DNA of 64,000 bases, from the NCBI GenBank assembly GCA_963725785.1, contig CAVRZV010000014.1:72713-136712 (forward strand), given 5' to 3'. Both the position numbers and the translations under genes were made by a program. Shown here one piece after another: positions 57,946-64,000 of this stretch (the first letter of the stretch is position 1; the number at the start of each line of letters is the position of its first letter). Origin of the DNA: an uncultured Bacteroidales bacterium (GTDB taxonomy: Bacteria; Bacteroidota; Bacteroidia; Bacteroidales; VadinHA17). The notes under the pieces were generated by a model. That model did no database searches. It was not told the DNA's origin and saw only the letters and a list, made by a program, of their open reading frames with translations.

Positions 57946-60900
57946 ATGGCATCTGAATCTTCTGCTTACGGGTCGTCTGATCACACTCTATTTTTAGGTT
58001 TTGATATTGGTTCTGTCTCATTGAATACGGCAATAATCGATGAGAATAATAATATCCTGGAGGATTATTACGATTATGTTCACGGGAGACCATTTAATGT
58101 TCTGAAAGACTAGACTATCTTCTGTTCTTGAAAAATATTCTCCCGATATCAATAAAAGGAATTGCAATTACAGGTACAGGAGGAAAACTTGCCACTGAAC
58201 TTATAGGAGGAATTTTTGTAAATGAAATTATTGCACAGGCAACTTCAACAGGAATATTGTATCCTGAAGCAAAAACAGTAATTGAGATCGGAGGTGAAGA
58301 TTCTAAACTTATCATTCTGGAGAAAGATCCTGAAAACGGACACTCCAGACTGGTTGATTTTGAAATGAACAGCATTTGTGCTGCAGGAACAGGATCATTT
58401 CTCGATCAGCAGGCCAGAAGAATAGGCGTACCTATTGAAAATGAATTTGGTAATATGGCACTGAAATCGGTTGATCCTCCAAGGATCGCCGGACGATGCA
58501 GTGTATTTGCAAAAAGCGATATGATCCATCACCAGCAGATTGCAACTCCCTTACATGATATTGTAGCCGGCTTATGTTTTGCACTGGCAAGGAACTTTAG
58601 AAGTAATGTTGCCAGAAGCAAAGAGATTAAAAAACCTGTTGTCTTTTCCGGAGGAGTTGCAGCAAATACTGGTATGATAAGAGCATTCAGGGAAACACTT
58701 GAACCTAACTGAAGATGAACTTATTATCCCGATTCATCATGCAGCTATGGGAGCTATCGGTGCTGTATATTATGCCCGCGCAAATAATCTCTGACATGAA
58801 CCAGTTTTGCAGGGAATTCAAAACTTGAGAAATATCTGTCAGGAGAAGCAACCGAATTTGTGAGTCTTCCCCCTCTTAAAGAATCTCAGGCAGAATATAA
58901 TAAAGATGTTCATTTCGTAAAAAACGGAAAAGAAAAACTAGGTGTCTACCTTGGTCTTGATATTGGTTCTCTGAGCACAAATGTGGTTCTTATTGATGAA
59001 AAACACCGGGTTGTTGCAAGACGTTATCTTCCGACTGCCGGAAAACCGCTGGAAGCTATCCAGAAAGGAATGACTGAGATATATGATGAAGTTGGTGAAG
59101 ATGTCATAGTTCTTGGTGCAGGCACTACAGGATCAGGACGTTACCTTACCGGTGATTTTATTGGTGCCGACAATATAGTTAATGAAATTACGGCCCAGGC
59201 AACTGCTGCTATTGATTACGATCCGACTGTTGATACAATATTTGAAATCGGAGGACAGGATTCCAAATATATAAGTATTGAAAATGGTGTTGTCGTTGAT
59301 TTTGAAATGAATAAAGTATGTGCTGCAGGAACAGGATCTTTTCTTGAGGAGCAGGCTGAAAAACTTAATATCAATATTGTTGAGGAATTCGGATGTATGG
59401 CACTTAGTTCTGAATGTCCTGTTAAACTGGGTGACCGCTGCACTGTATTTATGGAATCGGACCTGAACTCTTTTATGCAGAAAGGAGCCAGAAATGAAAA
59501 CCTTGTCGGTGGACTGGCCTATTCAATAGTTTATAATTATCTGCAAAAAGTGGTTGGTGACCGGAAAGATCGGAAACAAGATTTTCTTCCAGGGTGGTGT
59601 TACCAATAATAAAGCTGTTGTTGCTGCATTCGAACAGGTTGTTGGTAAAAAGATTATAATTCCTCCTCATTTTGATGTTACAGGAGCTATCGGAGCTGCA
59701 ATTCTTGCACAAAAGATCAATGGCTGAAGGCCAGAAAACCCGATTCAAAGGCTTTGGTGTACGAAATGCCACGTTATAAGGTCAGCAGGTTTGTATGCCA
59801 GGGATGTACCAACCATTGTGAGATCAGACAGGGTTAAAATTGAAGGAGAAAAGAAATCTCTTTTTTATGGCGGACGTTGCGAAAAATATGAAACTGACGA
59901 CAGGAAAAAAGTACCGAATAATATCCCCAATCTTTTTAAAAAAAGGACTGAAATGCTTATGGATGGGTTTGTGGAAAGCAGAATCCTGGAAATCAACAAC
60001 AATTGGAATTCCAAGAGCTCTTATGGTTTTCTATCAGCAATTTCCATTCTGGAGAACATTTTTTGAACAACTTGGATTTACTGTAGTTATTTCAAAAGAA
60101 TCAGATAAATCTCTTGTAACAAAATCATTCGAGACAATCACTACCGAGACCTGTCTTCCTGTTGAACTGATGCATGGACATGTAATTGATCTTATAGAAA
60201 AAGGTGTTGACTTTATTTTCCTTCCTTTCATTGTCAATGGCAAACAAAAAGAGGGAAATAAAACATTAAACTGTAATTGCCCATGGATACAGACTTATCC
60301 ATTTATGATCAAAGCTGCCCTCAGAGGAAAAGTTGATGAATCAAAACTTCTTATGCCAACTCTTCATTTCAGGTTTTTTGAAAGAGCCCTTATAAAGGAA
60401 ATGACTGAATACTTCAATCAAAATTCGGAATTGACAAAACAGACATCAGAAAAGCAGTAATGCTAGCTGATAAGGTACAGACAGCATTCGAAAAACAACT
60501 TATCGATTACGGCAAAGAAGTTCTTAACTCTATTCCGGAAAATTGCCGTCCGGTTGTTCTTCTCGGCAGACCATATAACAGTACAGATCAGCACCTTAAC
60601 CTTGGTCTTGTTGAAAAGCTTATAAACCAGAATGTAATGCCAATTCCTCTGGATATGCTTGATCTGTCGCCATATAATATTTTTGAGAATTACCGCAATA
60701 TGTACTGGCCAAACGGACAAAAACTTATCGCTGCCGCACAGCTGGTTGCAAAAAATGAAAAGTTCCATGCTGTTTATATCAGCAATTTCCGGTGCGGACC
60801 TGACTCATTTATCTGGCATTACGTTACGGAAGAGCTGAAAGGCAAACCATTTCTGCATCTTGAGATTGATGAACATTCTGCAGATGCCGGTATGATAACA

Positions 60901-62212
60901 CGTATTGAAGCTTTTCTCGATAGTCTGAAAGGCGCAGAGAAAAATGAGAAGAAAGAAGTTACAATATTCCGACCACGACCAAGTCCTTCCTCACCTCAAA
61001 AAGACAGGGTAATGTATTTTCCCTATATGAACGATGGTGCATATTTGATAGCTGCTGCTGCGCGAAGTTGCGGTATAGCTTCCGAGGTTCTTCCAAAACA
61101 GACAGAAGAGGATCTTGCACTGGGAAGAAAATATACCTCATCAAAGGAATGCTTTCCGATGATTTGTACAACCGGAAGTTTTCTTAAAAAACTTATGGAA
61201 CCAGGTGCAGATCCTTCAAAAATGAGCTTCTTTATGCCTGATCATAACGGACCATGCCGTTTTGGTCAGTATAACCAGTTTCACAGGATTCTTTTTGACA
61301 GACTGGGATTTCGGGATGCTGAACTTATTACTCCCTCAAATGATACTTCATATGAAGATGTGGCCGGTGAACACGGCCAGAAATTCAGGATAAATGCATG
61401 GAAAGGATTTGTAGTTGCCGATTATCTGCACAGAATACACAGGGAAACACGACCATACGAAATAAATAAAGGTGATTCAGACCGTCTCTATGAGGATTCA
61501 TTATCGCGTCTTGAAAAATGTATTGAAAATGGATCTGGAGGACTTCATAAAACACTTCTGGGAATTGCAGCCGATTTTATGACCATAAAGGTCGATAAAA
61601 GCCAGAGAAAACCGGTGGTTTCACTTGTAGGTGAAATATTCATGCGAGACAATGCTGCACTGCAATGGAAATATATCTAACAGGCTTGAAGATCTTGGTG
61701 TTGAAGTGTTTGTTGCACCATTTTCTGAATGGATATCATATTCAACTTACCGTTTTACACGTGACAGCAGGTGGAAAAATGATAAAAAAGGTATTTTAAA
61801 ATCAAAAATTCAGGGATTAGGTCAGGATATAATTGCATCATCACTGCTCAGAGGAATTGAAAAATTCACAGATCATGAAAAAGATGTATCTCTTCACGAG
61901 ATGTTGAGTCTGTGCAATAAATATGTAAATGAGTTTTATGATGGCGATCCACCTATTGCTATAGGTACTTCTGTAGCACTCACGAACAGAGGGGTTTCCG
62001 GAATTGCTGCAATTTTACCTTTTACATGTATGCCGGGAACACTTATAGCATCAGTAAGTGATACCTTCAGAAAAGACCATAATAATATTCCATTTATTAA
62101 CATCGCTTATGATGGTCAGGATTCTGTATCACTTGATACCAGGCTTCAGGCATTTGTATATCAGGTTAAGGAATTTGCATTGGCCAGGAAAAGAGTTCCG
62201 GTAAGTATGTGA
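57946..62212 (+). pseudogene. Giant acyl-CoA-dehydratase-activase-related protein: two BcrAD/BadFG-type ATPase domains fused to DUF2229/HgdB-like domains (about 1400 aa), at least eight frameshifts
   Basis: ATPase 1 has LGFDIGSVSLNTAIID and EMNSICAAGTGSFLDQQA (57916..58113, 58128..58712). ATPase 2 has LGLDIGSLSTNVVLID, EMNKVCAAGTGSFLEEQA and, in another frame, FFQGGVTNNKAVVAAFE (58860..59609). Next come CQGCTNHCEI and SLFYGGRCEKYE. The DUF2229-like part has IGIPRALMVFYQQFPFWRTFFEQLGF and ETCLPVELMHGH (59840..60460). The C-terminal part has ISNFRCGPDSF, LEIDEHSADAG, CFPMICTTG and NGPCRFGQY (60460..61680), then ILPFTCMPGT (61631..62212). Confidence 0.8.
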
Positions 62213-62256
62213 TTCAATAGAAGTCGGGCACGACTATTTCAAATTCATACTTTAGT

Positions 62257-63372
62257 TCAAAAACCAAGGTCTGAAAGAGTTTTTTTAATTCCGTCAGAAC
62301 CATTTTTCAGATCAACTAAATAGGACGTAAACTCCCTTCTGTTCGGATAGTCACCTCTTTGTTTTTCAAAATCTGATGGTGAAGGACGAAGGTTTCTATT
62401 ATCTTCATCAATATTATATGTACAATATACAGCTTCCCTTACAATCTCTTCTGCTGATTTGCTTTTGCATTCAATTGTCATATCAGGAAAAGGAGGAGGA
62501 GGTACTTCCTTAGGATACCAGTTTGCCAAAGGAAGATTAAAATATTTACATAAAGCATTGACAACCATTGCGGTTCCATTGGCTTTACCGTCTGTCGAAT
62601 AACCTGCTATATGAGGAGTGGCAATAAAAGCCAGTCCCATCAGTTCACGATCGATATCCGGTTCATTCTCCCACACATCTAAAACAGCACCGCTAAGTCT
62701 GCCTGAGCCTAGTACCTTCTTAAGTGCATAACTATCTGCCACTTCACCGCGGGAAGTATTTAAAAACCATGCTCCTTTCCTGATCTTCTTAAAGTTCTCT
62801 TCATCAAAAAGATGATAGGTACAATCTTCTCCGACAAGATTAAGAGGCACATGAACAGTGACAATATCCGATTCAGATAAAACCGTATTCAAAGTATGGA
62901 AATGCTTTTTGCCTTCCATTCTTGCCCGTGGTGGATCATTTAACAAAACATTCATCCCAATGGTTCGTGCAAATTTTTCGACCTTTGATCCCACATTGCC
63001 GACACCTATAATTCCTAATGTTTTGTCTTTCAGATTAAAGTTGCATTCATCTGAAATCCTTAGCAATGCTGCAGCAACGTATTGCTTAACTGAATTTGAA
63101 TTACAGCCTGGGGCATTTGTCCACGTAATGTTCTTTTTGGTACAATAATGAGTATCTATATGATCAAATCCTATTGTTGCTGTTCCAATAAACCTGACTT
63201 TTGTCCCTTCCAGGAGATTTTCGGTACATTTCGTTCTTGTACGTATCAGCAGAGCATCAGAATCTTTAAGTATTTCTTTGTTGATCTGTTTCCCGGAAAT
63301 ATAGACCACTTCTGCATGTGGCTCGAGCGCTCCTTTCAGAAAAGGTATTTTATCGTCGGCAACAATCTTCAT
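62257..63372 (-). CDS. pdxB: 4-phosphoerythronate dehydrogenase
   Basis: 371 aa with MKIVADDKIPFLKGALEP at the N-terminus, a D-2-hydroxyacid dehydrogenase NAD domain GIIGVGNVGSKV and a C-terminal PdxB-type dimerisation domain. Confidence 0.85.
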   Translation of the reverse strand: MKIVADDKIPFLKGALEPHAEVVYISGKQINKEILKDSDALLIRTRTKCTENLLEGTKVRFIGTATIGFDHIDTHYCTKKNITWTNAPGCNSNSVKQYVAAALLRISDECNFNLKDKTLGIIGVGNVGSKVEKFARTIGMNVLLNDPPRARMEGKKHFHTLNTVLSESDIVTVHVPLNLVGEDCTYHLFDEENFKKIRKGAWFLNTSRGEVADSYALKKVLGSGRLSGAVLDVWENEPDIDRELMGLAFIATPHIAGYSTDGKANGTAMVVNALCKYFNLPLANWYPKEVPPPPFPDMTIECKSKSAEEIVREAVYCTYNIDEDNRNLRPSPSDFEKQRGDYPNRREFTSYLVDLKNGSDGIKKTLSDLGF

Positions 63373-63592
63373 TTAAGATGAAATTTTGAGTAAGTTACAA
63401 ATTTTTAATGGAAGTCGGAAGTAAGACACCTATACCTCTCAGGAAATGGCTTCCCTGATTATATATATTTAAGGCCTTCTGCACAATTCACTTCTGAAAA
63501 CACATTCCGCCTCTTATTAAACAATTTGCTGTTCATTCTTGTTTATACAATTAACAGGATCGTTTCATCCATTATTAACTAACAGAATTCTT

Positions 63593-64000
63593 ATGAAATC
63601 AATTTTTACTCTCGTATTTCTGGTACTGATTTCCTGTATTGGAATAAAAGCCCAGAAGCCAATTTTAGTCTCAGAAGACAGCATAAATATTGGAAAAGGC
63701 CGCCTGCCCGCATTGACAGTTTTGATTCCTGAAGTCAATTATGATAAAACACTGAAAACATGGACGAGGGAATTACAATCAGGTACCAAATCGAAAATTG
63801 TTACTGACAACAATGAAATGACAATATTTGGTGCTAAAATCAAAGAAATCAGCCCAAATCCGCTGAATGTTTACAGCAAGCTTACCAATATCGATACGGC
63901 GATTAAGCTTTCTGTTGCATTTGAAGTGAAAAGGGAGGTGTACATTGAAAAAGCCACGGGTGAGACCGAGCTTACTAATGCAAAACACTATTTAAAGGAA
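63593..64000 (+). CDS. Hypothetical secreted protein, partial (runs off the right edge)
   Basis: The ATG at 63593 opens a frame with no stop to nt 64000. Signal peptide is MKSIFTLVFLVLISCIGIKAQ. It is absent from the ORF track because no stop lies inside the window. Confidence 0.6.
   Translation, partial: MKSIFTLVFLVLISCIGIKAQKPILVSEDSINIGKGRLPALTVLIPEVNYDKTLKTWTRELQSGTKSKIVTDNNEMTIFGAKIKEISPNPLNVYSKLTNIDTAIKLSVAFEVKREVYIEKATGETELTNAKHYLKE

Noticed and set aside
1-64000. tRNA, rRNA, tmRNA or riboswitch-like sequences in the intergenic regions
   Set aside because: By eye I found no cloverleaf-compatible segments with GTTCRANYC-type T-loops, no rRNA-like stretches and no recognisable riboswitch cores. 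A covariance-model scan would be needed to be certain.

Overview
The window is two compositionally unrelated pieces. Positions 1 to about 3000 are strongly GC-rich (by eye roughly two-thirds G+C). They carry a frameshifted integron-type tyrosine recombinase (intI, minus strand, running off the left edge), a divergently oriented MDR-family oxidoreductase gene with a Shine-Dalgarno site, and the C-terminal half of an MFS transporter. Within about 20 nt around 3000-3010 the sequence switches to AT-rich, Bacteroidota-like DNA. The switch cuts both the MFS gene and a DAG-kinase-like lipid kinase gene mid-ORF, so an assembly chimera or contig concatenation is more likely than real horizontal transfer.

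The AT-rich 61 kb encodes, in order:
- pruA and a CorA-like channel.
- An 8-gene envelope cluster: thioredoxin-like protein, PAP2_C/SMS-like protein, OB-fold protein, YceI, DUF5777 barrel and two PSCyt-like c-type cytochrome lipoproteins.
- A thioester alpha-2-macroglobulin with PBP1C.
- An IS481-family element inserted into a palindromic repeat, with a visible 5-bp target duplication, next to a DUF559 endonuclease remnant.
- NUDIX, metallophosphoesterase, YgjP, beta-CASP and SpoIIE-sensor genes.
- A sugar-acid cluster: Gfo/Idh/MocA oxidoreductases, glycerate kinase, GntP, Eda and a HEAT+DUF1080 protein.
- Malic enzyme and an NfeD/SPFH pair.
- A dehydratase-type glycyl radical enzyme with its activase.
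- A 7TMR-DISM histidine kinase, a Crp/Fnr regulator and an M28 peptidase.
- A ferredoxin-like Fe-S protein followed by a giant BcrAD/BadFG-HgdB-like fusion, then pdxB.

Two window-wide patterns stand out:
1. Many genes are broken by single-nucleotide indels, and these cluster regionally (4990-6500, 44400-45075, 47020-48800, 54300-62000), while 3-6 kb ORFs elsewhere are intact.
2. Intergenic DNA is saturated with several families of hairpin or foldback (REP/MITE-like) repeats, plus short tandem repeats of period 7, 8, 9 and 10 placed just upstream of start codons.

I saw no rRNA, tRNA, CRISPR array or recognisable defence system. Nothing here can honestly be called a clearly novel system. The best candidates for follow-up are the DUF559-associated foldback elements, the Fe-S/BcrAD-HgdB locus, the GRE locus, the envelope cytochrome/DUF5777/YceI cluster and the integron remnant.
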